64,000 nucleotides of DNA from contig CAJFCJ010000019.1 in assembly GCA_904063045.1 (NCBI GenBank), positions 1,627,700 to 1,691,699 of the forward strand, in the 5' to 3' direction. Position numbers and translations under genes: made by a program. Within the stretch, counting starts at the first letter, position 1, and each line of letters begins with the position of its first letter. Shown piece after piece: positions 12,694 to 26,133 of the stretch. Below the pieces are notes generated by a model that had not been told where the DNA came from, did not search any database, and was given only the letters and a program-made list of their open reading frames with translations. This DNA comes from Dimorphilus gyrociliatus (lineage: Eukaryota; Animalia; Annelida).

Positions 12694-15061
12694 CTACTCT
12701 GCTTTTGCCTCAGTCTCTGCTTCCGCATCTACTTCTGATTCGTCTCCAACCTCATTTAATCGGTATGATTCCTCAGTCTCACCATTGGCTGAGATACTCG
12801 ACGAACTAGATGAGGAATCACTCTCCAAATCGTACAAATATTCAGCTCCTTCGAAAACATAACTATAAGGAGGTAGAAAGGCGTAGGAGTTGTCTGCCAA
12901 TCAAAAAACATTCAAAAATTATTCCTTAAGCTGATAAAATATATATCAATGGCCAATAGTTGATAAAATTTTTAAGCTAACAATAAATAGACGTACCTGG
13001 CAAATATGCACTTATGCTTATTTCTCTAGGGATCCACATATTCCTATTTTCTTCTTCAAATTTCCTTGCTTCATCTTCAGTTACCTCGTTATCTACTATG
13101 CTCTGTTCTGCCTCATTACTCTCCTTTGGAAGAGAAGCAGCCGGCTCCGTGCTAGAAACCATTACTGTTTCTGGGCCTATCTCTTCTTTTTGGTCACTTT
13201 CTACTTCAATCTTCTCTTTAGCTGATTGTTGCAATTTGCTCTCCTCAAGTAGTTGCTGTTCAATTGACTCTTGTCTCTCTCTAATTATGGCTTCTCCATC
13301 GACTTCTTTTAATGGATTATAATCTGTACATAATGTATTCCAACCCTCGCCAAGACGATGGCATATTTCGCTTATAATTGTATTACAATTCCCATATAAG
13401 TTTATATCAAAGTTTAAATGTCTCAATGGTTCCTTATTGATAAGAATCTGTGGTATGTTGTCGGGTATAGAAGCTGTTAAAATATATGTATTATAACATA
13501 CGTAAGCTAAGTAATATGCATTTTCGTACATGGTATGAGTGCCACAGGGCGAACCTTCATAGAAGACCCCATAACTATTAATAAATCGCATTCATCCTTG
13601 TCTTCTGAAATTCGATCGTGGAAAGTGGATGGTAATCCTTCCCCAAAAAATACAATATTTGGTTTCATTATAGACATTTCTGTTTCATTCGGACAAACTT
13701 TACACAGGGGAATTTGCTGAAAAAATATTTTTAATTGTTATTCTTCTCTGTAATAGAGTATGAGACAATAAAGCACTTACCTGCTTCATAATGTCTTCTT
13801 TTATATCTATAGCATCGACGGTAGTTTTACAAACCATACAAGATGCTTTTGAGAAAGAACCGTGGCACTCAATTACGTTTTTTATACCAGCTTGCTGTTC
13901 TAAGGCATCGATATTTTGAGTATAATTTCTCAGTAGTTTTCCATGTTCTTCTACTTTCCTGATGAATTTATGAGCAATAGAAGGTTCGAAATTCCCTGGA
14001 AATATTTCCTAAGAAAGAAGGAAAACTTTGAAATATTAATCAATGTTGAAAAAAAAAGAAAAACTCTTACTCTTGCAAAGTTATAAAAGGGTTTTTGATT
14101 TCTACGGAAGTATGTTATATCAAACATTGCTTGAGGATCTGGTAGATCTTTATATTCTTCAGACAATCGAGCATAAATGCCGTTCTTCGACCGGAAATCA
14201 GGTATACCACAAGAAACGCTGACTCCTGCTCCCGTCAAAATAATGATGTTTTTGCGGGTTCTTAAAAGCTCAACAGCATCATCTAAAGTATTAAATTCCG
14301 GTAATTTTGAACGGGGATCTGGTTCGCTTATTATATTTAATATAGCTTTCCACATGCTCATGTCATCTATATCGCTTGGGATATCAATTCCCGGAGGTAG
14401 TATTGACTCCAATATTATTTTCGGTTTTTGCCCCTTCATAATTTGACGTTGAACCCAATCCAGTGGTTTCCTACCAAATCTCCATTTTTCCTCTTGCATA
14501 TCAGAAAACCCGCTGACATTACTCCCTAAACTGGAAACTGATTGGGGTGAGTCCTAAAAATTAACATGGAACGTTTATAATCATTTTTTATTTACTTTAA
14601 AAATTTGAAAGTAAACGTACGCATCTCTCAGTGCATTGGTTTGAACTTTCTGGGTAACTTTGATGGTCATAAGATGTACTGGCAATAGCTTCTTGTTCTA
14701 TATTTAGTAAACAAAAGCAACAGTTTAACTTACAGATGTCTACACAGATCAGGGAAACAGAATATACCACTAGGTGGCGAATATGAAAATTTCGTACCAG
14801 TTGACAATAACAATAGTTTTGAATTCAAGGGAATAAGAAATCGCTAATACTGAATAACGATCTTATGAAAGAGCGCTAGTAAAATTACTAACCGTTTACA
14901 TTACATGTCCCATCATTTTCTCCTAAATGTTCGCTTACACACAACCCTTTTGTTGTTATAAAAGGTTCTACTTCGTTACAATCGATTTTACGACGTTTAG
15001 GAGTCGGAGACTCAGAATTAGGGTTTTCTTCATTTATTTTCTTTTCTGCAGTGTCCGCCAT
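12694..15061 (-). CDS. SIRT1: NAD-dependent deacetylase sirtuin-1, multi-exon
   Basis: Starts MADTAEKK with NLS-like PKRRK. Core motifs LTGAGVSVSCGIPDFRS, LPDPQAMFDI, NYTQNID, CHGSF, KPNIVFFGE, PQILINKEPL; acidic C-terminal tail. Confidence 0.96.
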
Positions 15062-15368
15062 TTTTTAAATTTAATAACGCCATCTAGCGGTAAATATTTA
15101 TGGCAAAAAGCGGAACTTAAAAAAAATCAACTAAAGTGAAGGAAAACTAGGTTTTTTTTAAACATTGAATGAACATATAAAAATGTTTGAACAAATATCT
15201 TGTCCGAAAAAAAATGCAGTGTTAAGCCAACCAAAACTTTGATTTTTTTCAAACAAAATCAAAAGTCTGAATCTCGTCCGTACGATAATACAATTAAAAG
15301 CACGAAAATTTCTGAATTGCAGCACCAAAGCACTTAAATTATTTTTTAAACGAGTTCGTTTACGGAGA

Positions 15369-17489
15369 CTATTTCATTTTCTTTGTCTTAAAAGCTTGTT
15401 GGGCCCCACTCTGCATTAGCTTCATGCAAATAGGTCCTAGAACACTATCCCACAGCATTTCAGCCCCAGAATCGATATGACTTCCAATATCCCTATATTC
15501 ACCAGAATATCTAACATAGGCCCAAGTTCCAACGACGACTAGACTTAAACCCATAAGTAGATTGAACAAGTTTGCTAAACTTTCCAACCCTAATATCCCC
15601 AATATACCGGCAATTAGGTAACAAATAATCATTAGCGATAAAAATACTGCAGGAGTTCGAGCAGCCGCAAAAACATTTTTCGAGTCGTTGTTAGAGATAA
15701 AACGTTCGTATTCTTGTATCAACTCCTCTTCTAAACGTGTTCGGTATGGTAAAGAGAACTCTGGTCCTCCCATTTTGCGTTTAGAATCAAAAAATTCTAA
15801 AGTGCTGTTCAAATAATGATCGTGCTTTTCCTTCAATATATCCGGACCAACATATGGTTTATCACCTCCACAAAACTCTTCCATATCTCTAATATATTGC
15901 TCTTTTGCAGTTGCAACAGCAGACAAATTATTAGCCTCCGCTGTTGCTTGTAGCATTGATTTTGGTTCAGGTAATTCATCACTATCATACATTTTTATAT
16001 AAGATTTGAAGTATTCCAGTAGCTGTTTCGCTGTGATGGCTTCTCCTTGAATTTTCTTGACTACTAAATTTTCAGCTGATAAGACCATAGGTATAAATTT
16101 TTTCAAAGCGTCTTTGAATTCTTTTTCAATATCTATCAGTTCAAACGAAAACTCTGTAGATAATGTAAACTAATCGGAAATATTATACCTTGAAGCCTTC
16201 CATCAAAGTGCGGACTATTTGCTACCTTTAGACCAGGATGAGGCATCAAAAAGCAACCAATTGACGAAAAACATGATTTAATATGTTCTCTTATACATTG
16301 CAATTCTGGATGTTGATTATCTTCTATCTACATAAAATTTACAATAGTATTTCAATTGTATTGTTTAGCTTATTGATAACAATACTAATAGCACTTCTAA
16401 ATGAATAACTTACTGCTAATTTTTTGGTTAAAAACTTATTTCCACCTTCGTCACCATAATCATACTCATATGCGTATGGCCAATCACGGACGAGAAATTC
16501 TAAGTGTTGAAATGGTGTACAATCGCTCTGTTGCAACGCCAATCGCCCGTATTCAGTAAAAAGCTGTAACAAGTGAAAAAAATTGGATTATCATAATACT
16601 ATAAGCCTAATAGTAATTTATATATTCATTTCAGCTGTTTGATATTTGCAACATATTTTTCTATAAATAAAAAGTAGTCTCCAACTTAAATTTATCAACA
16701 TGACACTTGTCAAGATAAGTGGTTGAGATACTTTAGGTACTTTATCATAATGACTAGCAAGAGCAACTACCTGTAGATGTTGAAGGTCATTTTCTTGCAG
16801 CTGCATTGATATATTATAAACTTGAACTGAACTCAAAAGGGTACTAAGAGCAAACACAGTTGCGCAATCTTTTACGGTTGATTGGCTATCAAAAGCTCCC
16901 TGAGTATCCATAAGTAATACAGCAACCTCCTCTCCATTAGGTCTTTTTATAACGAATGGTTTACTCCATAAAAGCATTCCTGTGGTATCTCTTTCCGATC
17001 CACCCCTCCATGGAAAACCTTCAAGGGAAGCTGTATCATTTCCTAACCAATCTTCACTTCCCTGAATATCGAATTTTTTATTAAATTCTTGAATAACAAC
17101 ACTCAAAATCAACTTACATTCGCCTCTAAGTAGCGCAAAAAAAAATCCAGTAGAAAGGACTTTCCCTTGCGGAAGGCACCGGCAACAGAGACAACTGCTA
17201 CGTTTTTATTACATATTTCGGGGCTAAGGAGGACATCTCTTATGGCATCTTCGTCTAATGTTAACTTATGCTCGCCTTCTTTGCATTGAATAACTTGCAA
17301 TGGTTTACCCTCTGGAAATGGCAAATTATATATTACATACTCAATTTTTATTGACAGGCTCTGCAAACGAGCTTATATAGTTAAAATTTCTCATTAAACG
17401 ATGTTCTTAAAGTTTGAAAACATACCCACAAATACTGAACCGTTTGTTTTACTAGTTTCAACACCATGATCGCCAGCAGCCGTCGCCAT
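15369..17489 (-). CDS. ATL: Atlastin GTPase, multi-exon
   Basis: P-loop [41 protein letters not shown]; two C-terminal TM helices; ATG at 17489 (MATAAGDHG). Confidence 0.97.
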
Positions 17490-19077
17490 TTTAGTGGTTA
17501 GTGAAATGGCGTGTGTGATATAGTGTGTATTAATACGTAATTTTTTACGTGGCAGTCTAATTACTCAAAAAGCATAAGAAGAAACAACCAAGTGATTATA
17601 AGTTTATAAGTTTAATATTATGCTTTTCTAGCAAAAAATTTCAAGTGCATTGTAATTTAGATTAATTTAAACGAACTATATTTTGGTAATGGTACGCCTA
17701 AGATATAGTTATAGTAGAATCATGAACATTTCACAATATGTTACTGTCCTATCTTCTTGTTTACCAGCGAAATACAGACATAAAATATTATTTAGATGTA
17801 GAATAAAGAAAAGTTATTGTTTCTGTGTGATTTTAAAAGAGAATTTTGAAAAATTAGTGATACTTCCTATGTATCAAATATGAAAATGTAGTTAATTATT
17901 AAGATAATAATATCTTGATAGAATTAGTTAAAATTTATTTTTATGCCCTGGGAATATTTAATAATAAAAAAAAATACTAATTATAAGATTTTTGTATGAA
18001 ATACGTGTTTGTTCTCTATATGAAGAGGATGTAATTTTACTCCAGCATTTAGCGATACCTTTCTATTTGATATGGTTTGTAAATAGCGGGATATTGCTTG
18101 ATGGCGAGCAGTACTGTTGTGTGAGAGGAAAAATAGAAAACTAAATTGCCGTTTTTTGAAATCAAACGAACCAATGCAGACTATTAGGTACGTAAAAATG
18201 GTGATTTTTTATCTTATTTAAACATCTATAGAACTGTCGACGGTTGTGCGTGAGGTTTGGCAGGATTTTATGAATATTTTTTATTCGTGTGCTAGAGCTC
18301 TTGTTGGCCTGGCAAAGGATTGTGCGTGCAGTTATGAGTCACGGTCTTGGCGACGCTTCATTCATAACCAGAAGCTAATTACGACGTTGAATATCAGAAT
18401 AAGCAAATTTAATGAATTTTTTGGATATGATAATTTAACAACGCAAAATAACTATTTTGTTTTCATTCGCACATGCTGTAAACAGTGGCCTTTCTGTCAC
18501 AGGTGCGTTAGGAAATACACGAGTCAAAAAGCTATCAAGACCATAATTCGTGTCAGTCAAAAAATATAACGTTAATCATTGCATTTTTAAGCCGAAAAAA
18601 ACAGCGTTCTATAGGGGACGCACGTGCATCAGATGCCCTGGAGAAGGGAACGAGGGAAGCGGTTTTAAGGGGCTGGAATAGAACAATTTTTTTAAACGTA
18701 CAGTTTATCTGACGTAATTTGACGTCGACTGGCACGCGCAGATTCTTTGTGTCTTTTTTAGTTGAGTGTAATTTTAGGAAATTCAATACGTCGGTTTGCG
18801 TGATTAAGACTAAGTTTTTGACGATTGCCGTCGGAAATGATTTTCTTGTGCCTAGATACCATTCGTAACTCTTCCTCCTTTCGGGTAATGAGATTGCGGC
18901 AGAGCAAATAGTCAACAATGACGTTTAATCGGAGAACATCTGGGCGGCGGGCAACTGTTCGTTTGATCCAGCGTCGTTTTATGCGTGCTCGTATATAAAT
19001 ATATAATGAAGCTATTGCTGCTCTCTCGCACGCCAGGTGCTGATCTTTTATTTTCCTTCCAGATACCAGTTGTAACA

Positions 19078-22000
19078 ATGAACGAATCGACACGAAAAGA
19101 TGACGATGATCAGGGTTTCAATCATTTTGGGGAGTATTTTGATCCAAAAGCGGAAAGTGACCTGGACCCATATTTAATGCCTGGATCCTCTCTACCGTCG
19201 GTAGCTGCACCTCCATTACAACCTTCTCACGGTGGTGTTGTAAAACCTGAAGCGCCAGAACAGCGCAGACCAAAAGGACGACCCGCCAAGGGCGAATCGG
19301 CCAGCAGATTTGGCTCCGTACAATGTGCCGTTTGTAGTAAACGATTTAATAATTCGTCAGCTCTAGCAAAGCATAAACTAACTCATTCCGACGAACGGAA
19401 ACATGTATGTAATATTTGTTCTAAGGCATTCAAGAGACAAGATCACTTAAACGGACATATGATGACTCATCGTTCTAAAAAACCATTCGCCTGCAAAGTA
19501 GAGGGCTGCGATAAGAGTTATTGCGATGCCCGATCTCTACGCCGTCACATGGAAAATACTCATCAACCAGAACCTATGGGAGGTAAAATTTTTGACTTCG
19601 ATCCTGTTTATAGAGCAGCCTACGAAAAATCATGGACGGGGTCAAGTATCGATGGCAGCCTTCAACAACAATACAGTCCGATAACCCCGACTAGTCCTAT
19701 TCCGAATAAACCGCCCCCGCCCTTATGGGCTGTACACGGTGTAGAGGAGCACATGACTGTCGAATGTAAGGAATGTCATCGTCGCTTTAAGAATGTTGCT
19801 GCCTTGAACGGTCATATGCGTTTGCACGGTGGATACTACAAGAAAGAAACACCATCAGCTAATACCAATACCAATGCGAATACCAATACCACTCGTAATA
19901 ATCCCATTCCTATCCCCATTCCCAATCCAATTCCTAAACCTCAAGAGCAGCCGAAGTCATTTGTTATTCCTCAACAACCTAAAACAATACCGGCAGTAGA
20001 GGAGAACAATATAATGTCTACAGCTTTACCAGTACAAATTAATACAAGTACCTTAAACGTACATAATAGGAATGCTGAAGAATACGATCCAAGAAGGCAT
20101 ACTGTAGCTATGCCCAATTTAACTGAACAAAAACCAATCATTCCGGCTGTCTCAACATCATGCTGGACCTATCCAGCTCCTGATGTAACCGTTTCCCAAT
20201 CGGTTATTCAACAGATAAGTACCCCTTACACTCAAGCACCCCTTCCACCTGTGTCGAATATACATTTAAAGGCGGAACCGTTAACACCAAATCAGCTTCC
20301 TATTTCACCAAAGTCTATGCCAGCGACTCCACTTGGCAGGAAAAACCACTTTACATTCCCGACGCCGAATGATTGCGGTCAAATAAACGACTCGATGGAC
20401 GAATTTGGTGAACATGTAGGAGATGACGACGTATTTGCAACTCAGTCAACTCTTACTTCAGCAGTATGCACTTCAATGGCACAAGCGGCTGATCGAAAAA
20501 GACGTATGTCAGCTGATCCAGACAAATATACAATGCCCAAACGACCATACGTAACAAAGGATAGTATCGTAAAACTATTACAGCAAGCTGGTATGGAAGA
20601 AGTACTTGAGAAATTGGGATACGAAGTCGATACGGGAGGTGGAGATCAGCCATTACCAGTAGACGATTCAATCGTTAATCATATACCTCCCCCGTTTGTT
20701 CAATTCAATTCAAGCGCTAATGTTGCGTTGGAACAAATTGAAAGCACTTTATCTATTAACGACACAATAATGCCTCACTATCCAGCTCCAATGTCTGTTC
20801 AAGGAGGAATACTTCCCAATAATAATAATAATAGCACAGTCACTAATAATAATAACAATAATACTAATACTAATAGTAGTATTAGTGGTAATGTTACAAC
20901 TCTCCAAAGGGGTGACTTTATATTCGATTCTCAGCCGCTCGTTGAAAACAAAAGCAGTACAACTAGTACAACCTTGGACACTTCTGCGAACGTTAATACC
21001 CATAATTCCTCTAGGGAGAGCTCAGTATCCACTGTTAATCGTCAACCAGAACGTTTAAAAGACGACTTTCGAAATCCTCAATTACCTAATTCTACTACTA
21101 CACTGGCACATAAAAAGAAAAAACCCCGACCGGAACCTTTAGTGATTCCTTCAGCAGTCAATCAAACCTACGGCTATTATTCTCAGTTGAGGTCGCCTAG
21201 AATACGTGAAGGACCATTCGAACTAACCAACAATAAGCAACCTCCTCCTTATACACCACCACCAATTCTGTCTCCTGCTAGATACGGTTCCGGTCTTTTC
21301 TGGACAGTGAGGAGGCCTGCTAAAAAGCGGCCGTCACCGCCTGATTCTCCTGATAGCTGTGATACTGAAATGGAGGATGAAGAACCTCCACCAGAAACTG
21401 ATGTTATGCCACATGTGAATATAGGCCCAAGGTATCAGGCTCAAATACCGAAGGTTCAATCATATAAATATAGAGAAGAGCGTGTTTCATCGCCAGAAAC
21501 GCTTGTTTGGTCTGTTGACTCAAGAACAGAACTAAGCGAAGATCAACTGCTAAAATACGAAGATGTTGCCTGTAGTGCTGCCATACCAGGGAAAGGAACA
21601 AATAAGGAATATGCTCTTCACGTTCTACATGCTGCTCACGGAGATGTTCAAACAGCTATGATGTTATTATTAACTGGAGACTTGCAAGCGGTTGAAGACA
21701 AATTTAGAAAACGAGTAAAGACAGATCTCATCTTTAATGAAACAGATATTTGGAATCGAGACGAGATAGAATCCTTCACATCCTCAATGACCAGATATGA
21801 CAAAGATTTTGTCACGATCAGCAAGGATGTAGGAACGAAATGTGTGCAACAGTGCGTTCAATTCTATTACTTATGGAAGAAAGTCTGCGTTGATGATTAT
21901 AAAAGAATGAGAGTTTTAAGAAAAAGGCGACTGCAAGATGAAATGTATAATTATAGAACAAGAGGTGGCTCGGTTAGTCCATTCAGCCAGGATAGTGTTT

Positions 22001-22457
22001 CTTCCACAGCTCAAGACAAACCATACTTTTGCGAATATGGAAATTGCAATATGGTAGGTTTATTGCTAAACTGGTTGTCAATAATAGAATATTCATATTG
22101 TTTATATTCAATAGACGTTCTCAAGTCAACACGCCTTAAATATCCATTTGAAATCGCATACTACCAGTAATCCACCATCAAGAAGTACAACACCAAATCC
22201 TGATCGCGGAATGTCTCCAGCTTCAGATATAGGGCAGGCGGAAGCCTGTTATCCTTGTAAAGTATGTGGAAAGTAAGTATATTCTTAATATTATTTTTTA
22301 GTTTAAAGTTTATTATTTTTAATATCAAAACAGAATCTTTACAAAAGTTAAGAGCCGAAGTGCCCATATGAAAAGCCATAGGCAAGGAGTAGAAGTTATT
22401 GCTACACCGCCCCGTTACTATTCTTTCTCCCGCTTAACGCACGACGAGCGTAGCTGA
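19078..22457 (+). CDS. TRERF1: C2H2 zinc finger + ELM2 + SANT protein (TRERF1/ZNF541 family, HDAC1/2 complex scaffold), 3 coding exons
   Basis: Acceptor ttttccttccAG at 19062 then ATG 19078. Three N-terminal C2H2 fingers plus CKECHRRFKNVAALNGHMRLH; PPPYTPPPILSP.R.GSGLF motif; ELM2 PHVNIGPRYQAQIP; SANT WNRDE...CVQFYYLWKK. Introns 22054-22114 and about 22272-22332 give final fingers and CKVCGKIFTKVKSRSAHMKSH. Confidence 0.9.
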
Positions 22458-22526
22458 ATGAAAATATAAATAATTACATTAAAAAATAATTATAAGAATA
22501 TATTTTGGAAAAAAAAACAAATGAAA

Positions 22527-22530
<4 letters not shown>

Positions 22531-22558
<28 letters not shown>

Positions 22559-22660
22559 GATAATATGATAGAAGCATCATATTTTGAAAACAAAGCAAAA
22601 AAAAATGATAATATAATGACGACGACGATGATGATGATAATGATGATGATGATAACGAAT
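22531..22660 (+). repeat. (AAT)n and (GAT/GAC)n trinucleotide tracts in the TRERF1 3' region, followed by A/T homopolymer-rich sequence to about 23600
   Basis: Direct reading: taataataataataata... and gacgacgatgatgatgataatgatgatgatgat. Confidence 0.9.
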
Positions 22661-24190
22661 AACAACATCAAACAATAGTGTGAAAAGAGAAAAAAAAAAC
22701 AAAACAAACAATAACCGAGATGATTTTTTTTTTGTTAAAAAAAAAAATATTAATTTTTTCTTCTATGCAAAAAAAAAAGAAAGTTAAATAATAATATTGA
22801 AAAAGTTTTGTCCTTTTTTTCTTCTTTATATTCTTTTTCTTTTTTTTTTCTTTTTTTTTTTTGACAGGGTATGCTTTCTGTTGTGCTTTATATATTTATT
22901 TCAACATTTTGCCTGAGCGTGCCACCATTTATTTCTCTGTGCCATATCTCTGTGATATAGGTGAGTGCGTAAACACGAAGAAAAAATATGAAATTTATTG
23001 CGGATTGAAGCAAAAAAAAAAAAGAAAGAAAAAAAAACCAGAAGTTACTCTTAAACCTGAACTTTCAGGTTGTAAAAAATTGTCCTTTTTTATATTTAAT
23101 TATTAATATTATGTAAGAAAGAAAAAATGACGCCTTTTACCTGATTGGTTAAGAATATAAAGGCGAATTAATTTAGTGTGGAAACCGTTTATTTTTACAT
23201 GATCTCATCCAACTGATTCCTTTTCGTTTTGCATTTTTGAGAAAAAAGTAAATGCTCTCTGCGTGCATCTTATTGTTTTCTTATTTTTTTTCATCCGACT
23301 GTTCATGTTCATGGGTAACAACGAACTTCGTTTTGGCTATTTAGGAAAAATTGAACGTTTTTTTTTTCTTTTTTTTTTCCTTATGTACAAATAATACACT
23401 GTATTTTTTATATAATTATTCTTTTCTTCGCTCTTTTGTTTTTGTTCTTTTTAATGATGATGATGATAAATTTTGAATCAATAGTAAAAACAATAAAACC
23501 TATACATATATTTTGTCGCTGAAAATGAGTTAAGCAAATAAATAACAAGGCAGTTAAAAGGGAATTAATAATTATTTATTCATTCTTAATAATAAAAACT
23601 TTGTTGAAATAGATCGAACATTCTTTTTCGGTCGGCAAATTATACTATTAATCTTGGGAGGTTGACGTATTATCCACTCTTTTTCATTTATTTCAAAAAT
23701 ACTATCAACTAGGCCATTTGAAGTTGTTCGTACGGTGTCGATAAGCAGAGATGAAAGGTGAGCCGAGCTGTGAATTTAGGTGTATTACTACAAAGAGACG
23801 GAACGTATCATATATGATGTATTACCCTTTTAGACAAACAACGATTGCCCCCGAGTCTTTTACTTTGCTGATAACCTCTTGAACTAGTTCGTTGTTAATT
23901 TGTTTACGGACGCAAATCTAATCGCGTATAAAAGCAAGCACAAAGTTGTTAATAGTATATTATGTTGCTGTTATACACACGCAATCAAATGAATCATTTG
24001 GCTCTCGCGTAGCTCCTATTCGATTACCAGCTGCAGAAAATAAGAAGGAATAAATAGCTGGTTATTATTGGAGAATGTCATTTTAAATAATGAAATTTAT
24101 TAAATATCGTACCGATATCTTTTATCATCGTGTACAAATTATCATCCCCATAACCATAAAATCTAATACTTTTATCAGGTGATGATTCAA

Positions 24191-25757
24191 TCAATCGAAG
24201 AGAAAGACAGATCTATAAAAGTTAACAAGCGTAAAAAATTGTTCTGCCTAATAATTGAATCTATTAACTATAACTTACTTCGTCGTATAATTCTTCACCA
24301 ATTTTATGCCTTACATTCTCTTCAATAGCATAAAATTGTTCACCTTTTCTTGTTTTTATGACGTCACCTGGTAGTAATTTTTCAATGAGCTGATTGTCCT
24401 GAAAGCCTGTTCTAAGACTTCCAGCAATATCCGTTTTAAGTGGTACTTCTCTACGATCTTTAAACCTTTCTAAGGATGATAGACGTAAGGTGGTTTCCTT
24501 TTTAAAAATTCGTTCTGATTGCGCACTATTCGATCGTAATTTTCTAATTATCGCACTAAATACATATTCTTCTCCAATCGGTCGAGATTCCACAAAGTTT
24601 TTATTATACTCTTTGAGACAGTTTTCAAATACTTCTTCTAACAAAAGATCCTTTGGACGTTCTTTACACAATTCAAAGCAGTTGACTAAGGCATTTAAAC
24701 TTTTTCACCCGAAAATAAAAATAATCAATAACTAGTTTAGTATGTTTCATATATTTACAATATATTTATATATTTCGCTGATTAAGGGATTCTTACTTTG
24801 CATTGTAGACAAGCACACAACTTCCTGGCTTAATATGACGACTAATCGGTAGTAAAATATCAGATGGTTTTGGTATATCGATGTAAGCCTACAAAAAGTA
24901 TGAACAAATATTTCTGTCTGCCTAATTCCCGTTCGTAAACTACAAAGGGAACCGCCATATTATTATGTGAACTAATACCAGATCATATTTTAAATTCGAA
25001 GGCAAATCTTCAGCTGATTGCACGCTATCAAACTTCACGTTATTCGGCCATTTAAAATCGTCGGTTGGGTAATTCTGTTTATACAACTTTCTCCATTTAT
25101 CGAAGTTATTCTTTGCAATAGTTGTACTATTTTTACTTTTATCGATTGAATGAATGAAACCGCTATGACCCACTTAAAATAAGATAATATTATAAGTAAA
25201 TATGACAATGATTTTAAATCTAACCTAATTCTGAAAGTAGTAAAGTTGTACATCCCGAACCTGATCCAACTTCTAATATATTCATACCAGGTTTTATTGC
25301 ACCTCGACAAAGTATTTTCGACACTAGCTGTATTTGTTAGTGAGTTGTTTTTATTTTAATATTTAAATAGGTGAAAGGTTATTAAACAATTTTTTCATAA
25401 TTTACTTATAAGTACCAAACTATTAGGAATCCACGATGCTCTTGATAAATGCTTTACATAACGACCTAACGATGGTTTCTGCAAGAGAAATTCTCTTCCA
25501 GTATTACTTGTTATGTAATCACCAGGAATTCTATTTAGAATGGAATTATGTTCTATATTCCCTAAATTTTTTGTTTTTAGTGAAGAATCTGCTTCAAGTT
25601 CTCGAATAAATTTATCTTTGATTTGTCCATTTGACGTTTTATACAGGAGAAATACTCCGTCCCCTTCGGACAATTTTTTCTTATCAAGAAAACGATGAAA
25701 GGAAGCCCGGGGCAAATAGCAGAATTGTAATAGGTTCCTAGAGATTAAAGCAACCAT
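24191..25757 (-). CDS. TRMT61B: tRNA (adenine58-N1)-methyltransferase catalytic subunit, mitochondrial type, multi-exon
   Basis: Mitochondrial-presequence-like N-terminus MVALISRNLLQFCYLPRASFHR; KPSLGRYV; SAM motif ILEVGSGSG; AKNNFDKWR...WPNNVKF as in TRMT61B; AYIDIPKP. Confidence 0.75.
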
Positions 25758-26133
25758 AATTTTACATGAATAAATGATGTTATAAACGATCTTGAGAACT
25801 CTTTTCTGTAAAAGGACTTTCTTTTCTATTTTAAAATCGTTTTAATATCAGAATCATGCTTTCCAACACTATCTGTATTACTTTCTGTTTCCGGTTTCCG
25901 TTTCCGTAAACATTATCTCGTTACCATTCAATTATTAGTTTTCCAGCCAAATCTTGCTTTAAAAAAATTTTTTAATACTCTAAAAGCTGATTTTATTTTC
26001 TTTCATGCATCTTTTACAAAAAAAACTAAATAAAAATCGTTACTTTGGGTTGGCCATGCATGCAGATATTTTCCTAGAAGGTCAAGGACATTCATCGCGT
26101 AAAATGTGTGGCTGAATTAATTTTGGCTACAAA

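Noticed and set aside
18246-19093. Several 107-121-aa ORFs between ATL and TRERF1
   Set aside because: Overlapping on both strands, non-ATG starts and no motifs; probably promoter and 5' UTR sequence. The ORF-track start at 18985 runs through an intron end.
23751-24040. ATGAAAG|gtgagc strong donor suggesting a micro first exon
   Set aside because: The nearest acceptors give only MKAAENKKE*; no supportable CDS.
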